Source of the DNA: Candidatus Aenigmatarchaeota archaeon
GTDB lineage: Archaea > Aenigmatarchaeota > Aenigmatarchaeia > QMZP01 > QMZT01
Assembly: GCA_016932735.1 (NCBI GenBank)
Contig: JAFGCI010000006.1
Span: 127,144-191,143 of the forward strand
Direction of reading: 5' to 3'
DNA length: 64,000 nucleotides
The position numbers and the translations under genes are program-made. The first letter of the stretch is position 1. Each line of letters starts with the position of its first letter. Below, piece by piece: positions 35,569 to 44,798 of the stretch. The notes beneath the pieces were generated by a model. The model saw nothing but the letters and a program-made list of their open reading frames with translations. It did not search any database and was not told where the DNA came from.

Positions 35569-35922
35569 ATGGGCTTGAAAAATATATTTTCGAAGACCGG
35601 TGAATTTGACGTTGATGACAACACTGCCGGGGAAGAATATTTTGAAGTAAACGTCATGGACGGGAAGAATGCAAAAGGCAAACTTTCAATAGCTGTCGAG
35701 AATCTTGAGGACTTTTCAGATACTGACAGGATTTTAAAGGCTATAAGAGACGGTCATGTTGTTTTTCTGAAAATAAAGAACATGAAGGAAAAGGACATAG
35801 GCGAGCTCAAAAGGTCTGTTGAAAAACTAAAAAAGACTGTAATTGCAAACAATGGTGAAATTGTAGGCGTTGATTCAGACTGGCTTCTGATAAATCCTCA
35901 GTATGCAACACTCGTAAGATAA
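35569..35922 (+). CDS. sepF: Archaeal cell-division protein SepF
   Basis: D...I...IRDG.VV...I, ELKR.VEKLK......G.IVG, LLI.P. Confidence 0.85.
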   Translation: MGLKNIFSKTGEFDVDDNTAGEEYFEVNVMDGKNAKGKLSIAVENLEDFSDTDRILKAIRDGHVVFLKIKNMKEKDIGELKRSVEKLKKTVIANNGEIVGVDSDWLLINPQYATLVR

Positions 35923-35947
35923 ACTGGACAAGAAGGCAGGAGATAGA

Positions 35948-36256
35948 ATGAAAATCAATAGAGCCAAGAATCCGGACTCTATGATAGACTTCGAGAAGAA
36001 GCATACTCCCTTCATAGAAAAGGTTTCTAGAAAGATAATAGTCAGCGTAGGCACAGAAATAGAGCATCCAATGAATCCTGAGCATTACATAACGTGGATA
36101 GAACTTTTATTAAATGGAGAATCTTTGGGAGTCAAAGAGCTTGATAACGAGGATCCGCCTTCTGCGACATTTGAGCTTGACAAAGAGCCGTTCCCCTCAG
36201 ACGAGATAAAGGCACGGGCAAACTGCAATCTTCACGGAACTTGGGAATCTTTCTGA
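35948..36256 (+). CDS. sor: Superoxide reductase (neelaredoxin, 1Fe-SOR)
   Basis: EKKHTP, HPMNPEHYITWI, CNLHG iron ligands. Confidence 0.9.
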   Translation: MKINRAKNPDSMIDFEKKHTPFIEKVSRKIIVSVGTEIEHPMNPEHYITWIELLLNGESLGVKELDNEDPPSATFELDKEPFPSDEIKARANCNLHGTWESF

Positions 36257-36314
36257 ATAACCAATATAAAATTTCAAATATACAATATATAAGAAATTTT
36301 TATTGCATACATTA

Positions 36315-36380
36315 ATCGCTTCATATCGTTTTGCATCGCTGAAGTAATTAACAATCTTGAATGAAGCGGTCGTTATCGTT
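36315..36380 (+). promoter_or_regulatory. Helically phased ATCGYT repeats and 8-bp stem in the nrdJ leader
   Basis: ATCG(C/T)T at 36315, 36325, 36335, 36375; CGCTTCAT (36317-36324) pairs with ATGAAGCG (36361-36368). Confidence 0.4.
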
Positions 36381-36397
36381 CAGATGAGGGGGAGCAG

Positions 36398-38803
36398 ATG
36401 GAGAAGGAAGTTAAATTTGTAAAGAAAAGAAACGGCCGCATTGTAAAGTTTGATGTGAATAAAGTTGCAAATGCTATTTTTAAGGCCGCACAGTCGGTCG
36501 AAGGGCAGGATTTCGCATTAGCAAAGACGCTGGCGGATAAGGTTGCTGTGACCGTTAACGAGAAGTTCGACGGCCATACAATGCCTGGAGTGGAGCAGAT
36601 TCAGGATATTGTTGAGAAGACGCTCATAGAAAACGGGCATGCGCAGACAGCCAAAGCCTACATACTTTACAGGGACAGGCAGAAGATGAAAAGGGAGACC
36701 AAGTACATACTTGGTGTCACGGACGAGCTTAAGCTTCCTATCAATTCAATAAAGGTTCTCAAGTCCCGTTACCTTCTGAAAGACGACAAAGGTCAGGTAA
36801 CAGAGACTACCATGCAGTTCTTCAGAAGAATAGCAAGACATCTGGCTCTTGTTGACATCCTCTATCATGAATATGTTTATGATAAAGAAAGGGGACAGAC
36901 AGTAAAACATCAATTCCCTGAAAAGGACCTCGACGAAAGCATGGTCTCTGAAATCGGACTGAATATTCATAATCTCAGAATGCTTTACATGTCATATAAC
37001 AGGCTTAATACCCAGAAGCATATGAAAGTAAGCTTTAAGGAACTCATTGAAGTGACAAAAAACAGGTGGGAATATATACAGGAAACCGAGAACGAGTTCT
37101 ATGATATGATGTCATCGTTCGGGTTCCTTCCGAACAGCCCGACCCTGATGAATGCAGGAACTCATTTAGGGCAGTTGTCGGCCTGTTTCGTTCTTCCTGT
37201 TCATGATGACATCACAAGCATTTTTGATGCTGTGAAGAACACAGCAATAATCCATCAGAGCGGTGGAGGAACCGGGTTTTCATTTTCCGAGCTCCGTCCG
37301 AAAGGGGATGTAGTCAAGAGTACGAAGGGGGTTGCATCGGGCCCTATTTCTTTCATGAGAGTCTTTGATGTTTCAACAGAAGTCATAAAACAGGGCGGCA
37401 AAAGGCGCGGAGCCAATATGGGAATTCTCAGCGTCAGCCATCCAGACATACTTGAATTCATAACAGCAAAAAACAGCGAAAACACCATTCTTACCAATTT
37501 CAATATCTCGGTTGCTGTTAATGACGATTTCATGAGGGCCATTGAGAAGAAGAAAGATTTCAGCCTCGTTAATCCCAGGACAGGAACTACTGAAAAATCG
37601 ATAAACGCTAAACAGCTCTGGGATATGATTATTTATCAGGCATGGAAGACCGGAGACCCGGGAGTAATATTTATTGATGAGATAAACAGGCATAATCAGA
37701 CTCCGCTTATCGGGAGGATAGAATCGACAAACCCCTGTGGCGAACAGCCTCTTTTACCCTATGAATCCTGCAATCTGGGCAGCATAAATCTTAGTAAATG
37801 TTTGAAGAAAACAGGAGTTAAGTACGAGATAGACTGGGAAAATCTCGGATTGTTGGTCGAGAAAAGCGTTCACTTCCTTGACAATGTCATCGACGGCAAT
37901 AATTATCCGATAAAGCAAATCGAGTTCATGACCAGGGCGAACCGGAAGGTTGGCCTCGGTGTTATGGGATGGGCAGACATGCTCATAATGCTTGGTATAC
38001 CTTACGCATCCAAAGATGCTGTTGTTCTTGCAGAAAAGGTCATGAAATTCATTTCTGAGAAAAGTATAGAATCGTCTTCCCACCTTGCTGATATAAGAGG
38101 CAACTTCCCGAATTTCGTGGGAAGCGAATGGGATAAAAGAGGATTCAAAAGCATGAGAAACGCAACTGTGACTACAATAGCCCCCACAGGAACGATAAGC
38201 ATCATAGCAAACGCAACAAGCGGTATAGAGCCGCTGTTTGCTGTTGCTTTCATGAGAAAGAACATACTGGGGGGCGAAGAGCTGATGGAGATAAACCCTC
38301 TTTTTGAAAGAATTGCAAAAGAGAAAAGATTCTTCAGTGGAGAGTTAATGAAAAGGGTCGCTGAGAGAGGTTCTCTGCATGATATAGAGGAAATACCCAG
38401 AGACGTAAAAGATCTTTTTGTGACTTCGCATGACATAGAGCCTGAATGGCATATAAAAATGCAGGCGGCTTTCCAGAGATATACAGACAATGCCGTCAGC
38501 AAGACTATCAATATAAGGAATGAGGCAACTATTGAAGAAGTCGAAAGAGCATATCTGCTGGCCCACAGACTCAAGTGCAAAGGCATCACTATATACCGTG
38601 ACAGCAGCAAGGTCACGCAGGTTCTTAACCTTGGCAACGGAAAGAAGGAAAAGGAAGAAGCAAGAAGAATAAAAATGTCTTATGAAAAGGATGAGACAAT
38701 ACTTGAGCAGACTGGTGAGAAGTGCCCCGTCTGCGATTCAAAGCTTTATTATGCAGAAGGATGCTCAACATGCTTATCATGCGGATATAGTAAATGCGGA
38801 TAA
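36398..38803 (+). CDS. nrdJ: Class II (adenosylcobalamin-dependent) ribonucleotide reductase with N-terminal ATP cone
   Basis: VKKRNG..V.FD cone, PNSPTLMNAG, SACF, GGGTG, KRRGANM, TNPCGEQ, CNLGSINL, APTGTIS, C-terminal CPVC...CSTC..CG. Confidence 0.93.
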   Translation: MEKEVKFVKKRNGRIVKFDVNKVANAIFKAAQSVEGQDFALAKTLADKVAVTVNEKFDGHTMPGVEQIQDIVEKTLIENGHAQTAKAYILYRDRQKMKRETKYILGVTDELKLPINSIKVLKSRYLLKDDKGQVTETTMQFFRRIARHLALVDILYHEYVYDKERGQTVKHQFPEKDLDESMVSEIGLNIHNLRMLYMSYNRLNTQKHMKVSFKELIEVTKNRWEYIQETENEFYDMMSSFGFLPNSPTLMNAGTHLGQLSACFVLPVHDDITSIFDAVKNTAIIHQSGGGTGFSFSELRPKGDVVKSTKGVASGPISFMRVFDVSTEVIKQGGKRRGANMGILSVSHPDILEFITAKNSENTILTNFNISVAVNDDFMRAIEKKKDFSLVNPRTGTTEKSINAKQLWDMIIYQAWKTGDPGVIFIDEINRHNQTPLIGRIESTNPCGEQPLLPYESCNLGSINLSKCLKKTGVKYEIDWENLGLLVEKSVHFLDNVIDGNNYPIKQIEFMTRANRKVGLGVMGWADMLIMLGIPYASKDAVVLAEKVMKFISEKSIESSSHLADIRGNFPNFVGSEWDKRGFKSMRNATVTTIAPTGTISIIANATSGIEPLFAVAFMRKNILGGEELMEINPLFERIAKEKRFFSGELMKRVAERGSLHDIEEIPRDVKDLFVTSHDIEPEWHIKMQAAFQRYTDNAVSKTINIRNEATIEEVERAYLLAHRLKCKGITIYRDSSKVTQVLNLGNGKKEKEEARRIKMSYEKDETILEQTGEKCPVCDSKLYYAEGCSTCLSCGYSKCG

Positions 38804-38947
38804 GACAAATTCTTTTATATTTCTGTTTCTCATATTTTCTTTACTATAGTACCTTGCCTTGCATATCACATTGTTTGCATAAGGATATGTAAGGTCTTCA
38901 TACAAGTAACAGTTATCCAATTAACGAATTAGACGGTTAGATGGTAT

Positions 38948-39424
38948 ATGTCAAGGCCGAGCTGGGATGAATATTTCATGCAGATCGTGGATGCGGTCGC
39001 ATCAAGAGCTACATGCAATCGTGGAAAGAGCGGCGCTATAATAGTTAAGGATAAGCGGATTCTGACAACAGGCTATGTAGGAGCTCCTATAGGGCTTCCG
39101 CATTGTGATGAAGCTGGTCATTTGATGATGAAACATCTCAATGAAGACGGGACCATTTCGGAGCATTGTGTAAGAACAACACACGCCGAACAGAATGCGA
39201 TAGTCCAGGCTGCGGCAAATGGCGTCGCCATCAAAGGTGCAACGCTGTATTGTACAATGGAACCCTGTATGGTCTGCGCTAAAATGATAATAAATGCGGG
39301 GATTGTCAAAGTAGTGTGCAAGAAAAGATATCATTCAGGAAAGATTACAAGGGATTTTTTCGAGCAGGCCGGCATAGAGCTTCTGGTTTTGGATGATTGC
39401 GTCATGGAATATGATGAGAAATAA
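38948..39424 (+). CDS. comEB: dCMP deaminase (ComEB-like)
   Basis: RPSWDEYFM, HAEQNAI, PC..C Zn motif. Confidence 0.9.
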   Translation: MSRPSWDEYFMQIVDAVASRATCNRGKSGAIIVKDKRILTTGYVGAPIGLPHCDEAGHLMMKHLNEDGTISEHCVRTTHAEQNAIVQAAANGVAIKGATLYCTMEPCMVCAKMIINAGIVKVVCKKRYHSGKITRDFFEQAGIELLVLDDCVMEYDEK

Positions 39425-39425
39425 A

Positions 39426-39956
39426 TTAGAGCAGATCCGTTTTTGTTATTATTCCAACGATGTTTCCGTTCTTAGATATTAAAACGGCTTGTGAATAATC
39501 CAATAGAGTTTTAACGGTCTCAATATCTTCCTTGAAATCGAGAACGGGAAAGGGTTTATCCATTATTTCCATTACTTTGATATTATAAAAACCCCGATGT
39601 GTTTTTTCTATTATAGTGGATTCCTTTATGGAGCCTACCATCTTTTCTTTATTAAAAACCGGAAGCTGGGAAATTTTATTCTTCTTCATTATGTCTATTG
39701 CCTGTCTCACTTCGGTATCATATTCCAAGGCGACCGGCTTTTTCATATAGTTTCTGCATTCTTTTATTTTTCCCCTGTTTTCGAGAACAGATATTATCGA
39801 GTTGACTGTCGATAGCCTCGGGTCAACGTTACCTGTCTCTATTTTTGCTATATGCGCCTGCGATATTCCGGCAAGCTTTGCCACTTCCTGCTGAGACATT
39901 CCTATCCCGTCTCTTAGCTGCTTTATATATTGTCCTGTAACAATCAGTATAACCAC
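39426..39956 (-). CDS. XRE-HTH plus tandem CBS-domain regulator
   Basis: MSQQEVAKLAGISQ.HIAKIE.G.VDPRLST; two CBS repeats. Confidence 0.9.
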   Translation of the reverse strand: MVILIVTGQYIKQLRDGIGMSQQEVAKLAGISQAHIAKIETGNVDPRLSTVNSIISVLENRGKIKECRNYMKKPVALEYDTEVRQAIDIMKKNKISQLPVFNKEKMVGSIKESTIIEKTHRGFYNIKVMEIMDKPFPVLDFKEDIETVKTLLDYSQAVLISKNGNIVGIITKTDLL

Positions 39957-40029
39957 CAGTTATATTTATTCTTCATATTAATATAGTAAAGTATATAAAG
40001 TTGTTAAATAAACTTTTAGTAATCATTAT

Positions 40030-40088
40030 ACTGAATATCAGATTCAGTGCATTGCACGTTCATGTGCACATGAAAGTTTAAGGAGTGA
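40030..40088 (+). promoter_or_regulatory. Structured metK leader with overlapping inverted repeats and RBS
   Basis: ACTGAAT/ATTCAGT (40030-40048), perfect 16-bp palindrome TTCATGTGCACATGAA (40059-40074), bulged hairpin copy 2 (40050-40072), AGGAGTGA RBS. Confidence 0.5.
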
Positions 40089-40092
40089 TGAA

Positions 40093-41274
40093 ATGGCAGT
40101 AAAACATATTTTTTTCACATCGGAGAGTGTGACAGAAGGCCACCCAGACAAGATATGCGATCAGATAAGCGATGCTATTCTGGATGAATGTCTGAGGCAG
40201 GATCCCCAGTCAAGGGTAGCGGCAGAGACATGCACAAAAACCGGAATGGTTCTGGTAGCAGGTGAAATAACAACAAAAGGTTATGTGGACATCCCAAAAA
40301 TTGCAAGAAATACCCTTAAAGAAATAGGTTACTTACACACTAACCAGGGAATAGAATGGGAATCGTGTGCAGTCCTTGTACATCTGGAAGAGCAGAGCCC
40401 CGACATATCACAGGGGGTCAATGAGTCGGATACAGAAGGGAAAGAAGGCCATGGTCAGGGAGCCGGAGACCAGGGAATGATGTTTGGATTTGCATGCAAT
40501 GAAACCAAAGAACTCATGCCTCTTCCGATTCATCTTGCACACAGGCTCGCAGAGAAACTTGCAGACGTAAGAAAGAAAAAAATAATACCTTATTTCGGTC
40601 CTGATGGAAAGAGTCAGGTCACGGTAGAATATGTAGACGGCAAACCAAAAAGAGTTGATACTGTTGTAATATCAAACCAGCATGAAGATGGGATAGAACA
40701 TAAAAAAATAAGGGAAGATGTAATTGAGAAGGTTATAAAACCCGTTTGTAGTAGCTGGATAGATGAAAAAACGAAATTCTATGTGAATCCAACCGGTAAA
40801 TTCGTAAGAGGCGGTCCATATGCAGATGCGGGTCTCACCGGAAGAAAAATAATTGTAGATACATACGGCGGTATGGGAAGACATGGCGGTGGTGCTTTCT
40901 CCGGAAAGGATCCGACAAAAGTTGACAGGAGCGCAGCATATGCAGCAAGATATATTGCAAAGAATATTGTTGCTGCGGGTCTTGCTGATAAATGTGAAGT
41001 GCAACTTGCTTATGCAATCGGTGTCGCAGAGCCTGTGAGCATATTCATTGATACATTCGGAACCGGAAAAGTTGATGAACAAAAATTATCGGAAGCTGTG
41101 AGAAAAATATTCCCGGTAAGGCCTTCAGACATTCTCAAACAGCTTAATCTGAGGAGACCCATCTACAGAAAAACAGCAGCATATGGTCATTTCGGAAGAA
41201 ACGATCCTGATTTCTCCTGGGAGAAAACCGATAAAAGTGAAGACCTTAAAAAATATTTGATTAATGAAAAATAA
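40093..41274 (+). CDS. metK: S-adenosylmethionine synthetase, bacterial/eukaryotic type
   Basis: [54 protein letters not shown]. Confidence 0.97.
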   Translation: MAVKHIFFTSESVTEGHPDKICDQISDAILDECLRQDPQSRVAAETCTKTGMVLVAGEITTKGYVDIPKIARNTLKEIGYLHTNQGIEWESCAVLVHLEEQSPDISQGVNESDTEGKEGHGQGAGDQGMMFGFACNETKELMPLPIHLAHRLAEKLADVRKKKIIPYFGPDGKSQVTVEYVDGKPKRVDTVVISNQHEDGIEHKKIREDVIEKVIKPVCSSWIDEKTKFYVNPTGKFVRGGPYADAGLTGRKIIVDTYGGMGRHGGGAFSGKDPTKVDRSAAYAARYIAKNIVAAGLADKCEVQLAYAIGVAEPVSIFIDTFGTGKVDEQKLSEAVRKIFPVRPSDILKQLNLRRPIYRKTAAYGHFGRNDPDFSWEKTDKSEDLKKYLINEK

Positions 41275-41299
41275 AATTAAAATAAAAAAAGAAGCTGCT

Positions 41300-41431
41300 T
41301 TATTTTTTCTTTTTCTTCTTTGCAGCTTTCTTTTTGACTGGCTTCTTCTTTACTGGTTTCTTTCTAACGGTTTTTCTTTTAACAGCCTTTTTCTTTACAG
41401 TCTTTTTCTTAACTGGTTTTTTCTTTGCCAC
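41300..41431 (-). CDS. 43-aa histone-H1-like lysine-repeat protein, absent from ORF track
   Basis: GTG start with AAGGTGA RBS; MAKKKPVKKKTVKKKAVKRKTVRKKPVKKKPVKKKAAKKKKKK; T-rich run after stop. Confidence 0.8.
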   Translation of the reverse strand: MAKKKPVKKKTVKKKAVKRKTVRKKPVKKKPVKKKAAKKKKKK

Positions 41432-41593
41432 CAAATTTATCACCTTCTAACCATTTCACCTGTTTATTATTTGTTTACCCATAGTATATAAAATTTTCTA
41501 TTTGTATTATGTAGATAAATTTTATTTTTTTAAAAAAATTAGTTGATGTGTATCGCTTTTCATGATATATTGTTTTAGTGCCAATAAATAAAT

Positions 41594-42745
41594 TTATTTT
41601 CCGAAAATTATTTCTATGACATCTCCATCGTTAATTTTCTGTTCCGCGCCGATTTTTCTTTTTGTTTTGTATTCCATTCCACCAATGAATTTGTCTGCCA
41701 TATCGCTATGCACCTTAGATGCCAGTTCTTTTAGAGTTGTGCCTTTCTTAACGAGGAAGACATCAGGTAAAATATTTCCTTTTTTGTCAGTGGCATGATT
41801 TATGTCAGCCACGGGGTATACTGTAACATATCCTAATTTTTCAAAAACCATTTTATTCAGGATCTTCTGAACACCGGTGGTCCCAAATCTTTTCAGGACA
41901 TTTGATCTGATAAATTCAAGTGCGGCTTTCTGTTTCTCATTAAGGTTTCCAGATGCAATCGTAAAATCACTGGAGCCCAGTTTGTAATTGATTAACCCAT
42001 GCTTATCCGCTTCTCGCAAAGCAAGTTCGGAGTCTGCTGAACATGAAATCATTTCTCCACTGCTTTCTCTCACCTTCTCAAAAATTTCCTTTGCCCCGCT
42101 CTTATCTATCTTGTTGGCAGCTATTATAATCGGCTTAGATATTTTTCTCAGCGTTGTTGTAAATTCTCTTTCATCCGGATTATTATCTCTCATCGCTGCC
42201 TTTATTTCATGCTCCTCTATTCCAAGACCTGAAAGATTCTGAGCCAGCATCCTTTCAATCGGCTTTTTCTCCATCTCTGCAATCCTTTTTGACTTGATAT
42301 AGTTTTTCTGGATGATTCCATAAATCCATTCGTCAATTTCATTCTCTAGAATCTCAATTGTCTTTGAGGGGTCCCATTCATTCTCCTTTCCTTCTGCATC
42401 CGTCTTTCCAGATATATCAAGGACATGTATCAGGCCGTCTGCCTGTCTCAGATCATCAAGAAACTGGTTGCCAAGGCCTTTGCCCTCATGCGCCCCCGGA
42501 ACAAGACCTGCTACATCAAGAAGTTTGACCGGAATGTGTCTTACACCATCTACGCATGCAGAGTTCTGCGGGTTACATTTCACTCCCAGCATTTTGCATG
42601 GGCAGGGAGCGGTTATATGAGCAACGCCCTGGTTGGGCTCAATTGTCGTGAATGGGTAGTTGGCAATTTCTATGTCAGCCAGTGTGGCTGATTTGAAAAA
42701 TGTGGATTTACCCGAATTTGGAACGCCGACAAGACCTATTAGCAT
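41594..42745 (-). CDS. ychF: YchF/Ola1-family Obg-like GTPase/ATPase (archaeal type) with TGS domain
   Basis: GVPNSGKST, NYPFTTIEPN, DVAGLV, GLGNQFL, NKID; start ATG 42745. Confidence 0.93.
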   Translation of the reverse strand: MLIGLVGVPNSGKSTFFKSATLADIEIANYPFTTIEPNQGVAHITAPCPCKMLGVKCNPQNSACVDGVRHIPVKLLDVAGLVPGAHEGKGLGNQFLDDLRQADGLIHVLDISGKTDAEGKENEWDPSKTIEILENEIDEWIYGIIQKNYIKSKRIAEMEKKPIERMLAQNLSGLGIEEHEIKAAMRDNNPDEREFTTTLRKISKPIIIAANKIDKSGAKEIFEKVRESSGEMISCSADSELALREADKHGLINYKLGSSDFTIASGNLNEKQKAALEFIRSNVLKRFGTTGVQKILNKMVFEKLGYVTVYPVADINHATDKKGNILPDVFLVKKGTTLKELASKVHSDMADKFIGGMEYKTKRKIGAEQKINDGDVIEIIFGK

Positions 42746-42767
42746 GTATTTCAATTGGGTACATGAT

Positions 42768-43067
42768 TTAAATGTTATTGCTTCTCTTTTCCAATGCTTT
42801 TTCGTCTTCCTGTATACCATAAATGAAGAGTTTTATGAGAACAAATAATGCTATTGTACCGACAAATGTGAAATAGTAATATGGTTCAGTGGTCTTGAAA
42901 ATGAATTCAAGCGGAAATACGGGCATCTCGTAGAAACTATGATGGACGTCAAAGAGGAATACAACCGCGAACGAAGCGATAAAGGATATGAAAATGAATA
43001 TGCCGTCGGCTATTAGTTCGTCTCTGCTTATGGGACTTTTTCTAACCTTCTTGATATGCTTTTTCAT
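42768..43067 (-). CDS. Small two-TM membrane protein
   Basis: 99 aa with two hydrophobic helices. Confidence 0.6.
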   Translation of the reverse strand: MKKHIKKVRKSPISRDELIADGIFIFISFIASFAVVFLFDVHHSFYEMPVFPLEFIFKTTEPYYYFTFVGTIALFVLIKLFIYGIQEDEKALEKRSNNI

Positions 43068-43095
43068 GATAATTAATTGGTCCTAATAGGATATA

Positions 43096-43470
43096 TTATT
43101 TATCCGCGATAATCTTCTCAACTTCAAACTCGTTTCCTTTCCTTATTTCTATTTCCGTTGAATCACATTTAGGGCAGGCGAATTTTGGGAGAAATAAATG
43201 ATCAATCACGTTTTCCCTGAATTTAAGCTTCCCGGCATATCCGCACTTTCTGCAGAGAATCTCCGATTCCTGACCCTTTATTTTAACAAGAAGTCCTTCC
43301 GCAATCGTGCCTTTTGAAAGTTCTTTCAGCCAGAATTTAATCTGGTCATGATTCAGCAAAGTGAGAGAACCGATTATAATATGTGCAGTTTTAATCTTTT
43401 TTAACTTGTTTTTTTTAGCTTTTTCCAGCATTAAAGACAATGCCTTTTCTGACATGGAGATTTCATGCAT
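43096..43470 (-). CDS. hypA: Hydrogenase nickel chaperone HypA
   Basis: MHE start, C..C and CPKC Zn site, G.EF.V. Confidence 0.93.
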   Translation of the reverse strand: MHEISMSEKALSLMLEKAKKNKLKKIKTAHIIIGSLTLLNHDQIKFWLKELSKGTIAEGLLVKIKGQESEILCRKCGYAGKLKFRENVIDHLFLPKFACPKCDSTEIEIRKGNEFEVEKIIADK

Positions 43471-43473
43471 ATT

Positions 43474-43950
43474 TCACCACTTATACCATTCCGGTTCTCT
43501 CAGATCATCGGGCATATCAAAATGAGAAACGTAAGGTTTTATATCCAATATTTTACTTCCGTTTATTGCATCCAAACCGCCGACAGTAATTACATTTTTA
43601 GTTTTTTTGATAAACCGTACAAGCCTTAATGCCATCTTATTTGGCCTGTACTGGCTGCGGGTTGCAAAGATTCCGGCTTTGGGCAGGTTCTTCATTGAGG
43701 AAGGTCCCGGATGCGTCTTAATCTCAGTCCTTTCGGCCCTGTCCAGAAAATAGATAATCCATAAATGAGAGAATTCATCCGTCCGGAACAGGCCTTCTGC
43801 GAATTCATCCTTCAATATTATTTCTGAAATGCTTTCTGCTCTTTTTCCTTTCTCGCAGGCAAAATGTAGTTCAGAAGGATTTTTATATTCCGATTTAACT
43901 ATGCCTATAGGTTTCATCAAAAACTTCTCATCTTCCATATTTCTCATCAA
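43474..43950 (-). CDS. trmO: TrmO/TsaA-like SAM-binding protein (m6t6A37 methyltransferase family)
   Basis: KPIG.V.S, FSHLWIIY, GIFATRSQYRPN, LDAINGSKILDIKPY. Confidence 0.88.
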   Translation of the reverse strand: MMRNMEDEKFLMKPIGIVKSEYKNPSELHFACEKGKRAESISEIILKDEFAEGLFRTDEFSHLWIIYFLDRAERTEIKTHPGPSSMKNLPKAGIFATRSQYRPNKMALRLVRFIKKTKNVITVGGLDAINGSKILDIKPYVSHFDMPDDLREPEWYKW

Positions 43951-44672
43951 AAACCAATAGCTTTTATAATCTCATCAATGTTTTCCAAATTCTTCAGAGA
44001 AGTTTTTATAACATCTGCCTTTGGCTGTATAGAATGAACCTCATCCTCGAATTTGTCCGGATTAACTTCCATCACGTCTGCCAGATCTGTTTTATTTATA
44101 ACGACAAGACAAGCTTCCTTAAACATTAAAGGATGCTTAAGAACCATATAAGGGCCTTCTGTCACTGAAATAACAACAATCCTTTTTTCTTCGCCCAAAT
44201 CAAAATTGGCGGGGCATATCAGATTTCCCACATTTTCTATAAAGATTATATCCTTGCCATATGTTCCTATTTCATTAATCGATTTATTTATAAGGTTTGC
44301 GTCCAGATGGCACATTCCTCCTGTATTTATCTGTTCAACGTCAACGCCTTCTTCCTTTATTCTTTTAGCATCTATATCTGTCGTGATATCCCCCGCAATT
44401 ACCTTAATTCTGTATCTATCCTTAAGCTTTCTGCATAAAGCTTTTATTAGTGTGGTTTTTCCGCTACCGACAGAGCCCATGATATTTATTGCCGTTATTC
44501 CCTTGTTTCTGAAGATTTTTCTGTTGTTTTCCGCTAAAATGTTTTCTTCTCTGATTACATCTTTTTTTATCAATATTTCAAAGTTTCCCGATTTCTCCGG
44601 TAAAACTGCTTCGCTTTTCATAACCAGATTCTTCTTTGTCCGGCAGCCGCATTCATCGCACACTTTAATCAA
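43947..44672 (-). CDS. hypB: Hydrogenase nickel-insertion GTPase HypB
   Basis: N-terminal CDECGC, GSVGSGKTT, CHLDA, ENVGNLICPA.F.LGE, NKTDL. Confidence 0.94.
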   Translation of the reverse strand: MIKVCDECGCRTKKNLVMKSEAVLPEKSGNFEILIKKDVIREENILAENNRKIFRNKGITAINIMGSVGSGKTTLIKALCRKLKDRYRIKVIAGDITTDIDAKRIKEEGVDVEQINTGGMCHLDANLINKSINEIGTYGKDIIFIENVGNLICPANFDLGEEKRIVVISVTEGPYMVLKHPLMFKEACLVVINKTDLADVMEVNPDKFEDEVHSIQPKADVIKTSLKNLENIDEIIKAIGF

Positions 44673-44798
44673 CCAAGATAATTTTTTATCTTATCCTTTC
44701 AAAACTCTGGTTTTGTATATCCTTATCTTTCTTTTTGACTTAATTGAATCAAGTAAATCTCTCATTGTTAGATATGGAAAAACAGCAATAAATATCTG

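Noticed and set aside
36257-36397. Cobalamin riboswitch or NrdR box upstream of nrdJ
   Set aside because: Too short and lacks B12-box motifs; ACAATATAT is better explained as the TATA box.
36854-37085. Intein in NrdJ (also checked MCM)
   Set aside because: No Cys/Ser start with His-Asn end or LAGLIDADG blocks; not at usual insertion sites.
41264-41491. 75-aa Phe/Leu-rich plus-strand ORF
   Set aside because: Antisense shadow of the Lys-repeat gene, which has the RBS; same reasoning for 2181-2390.
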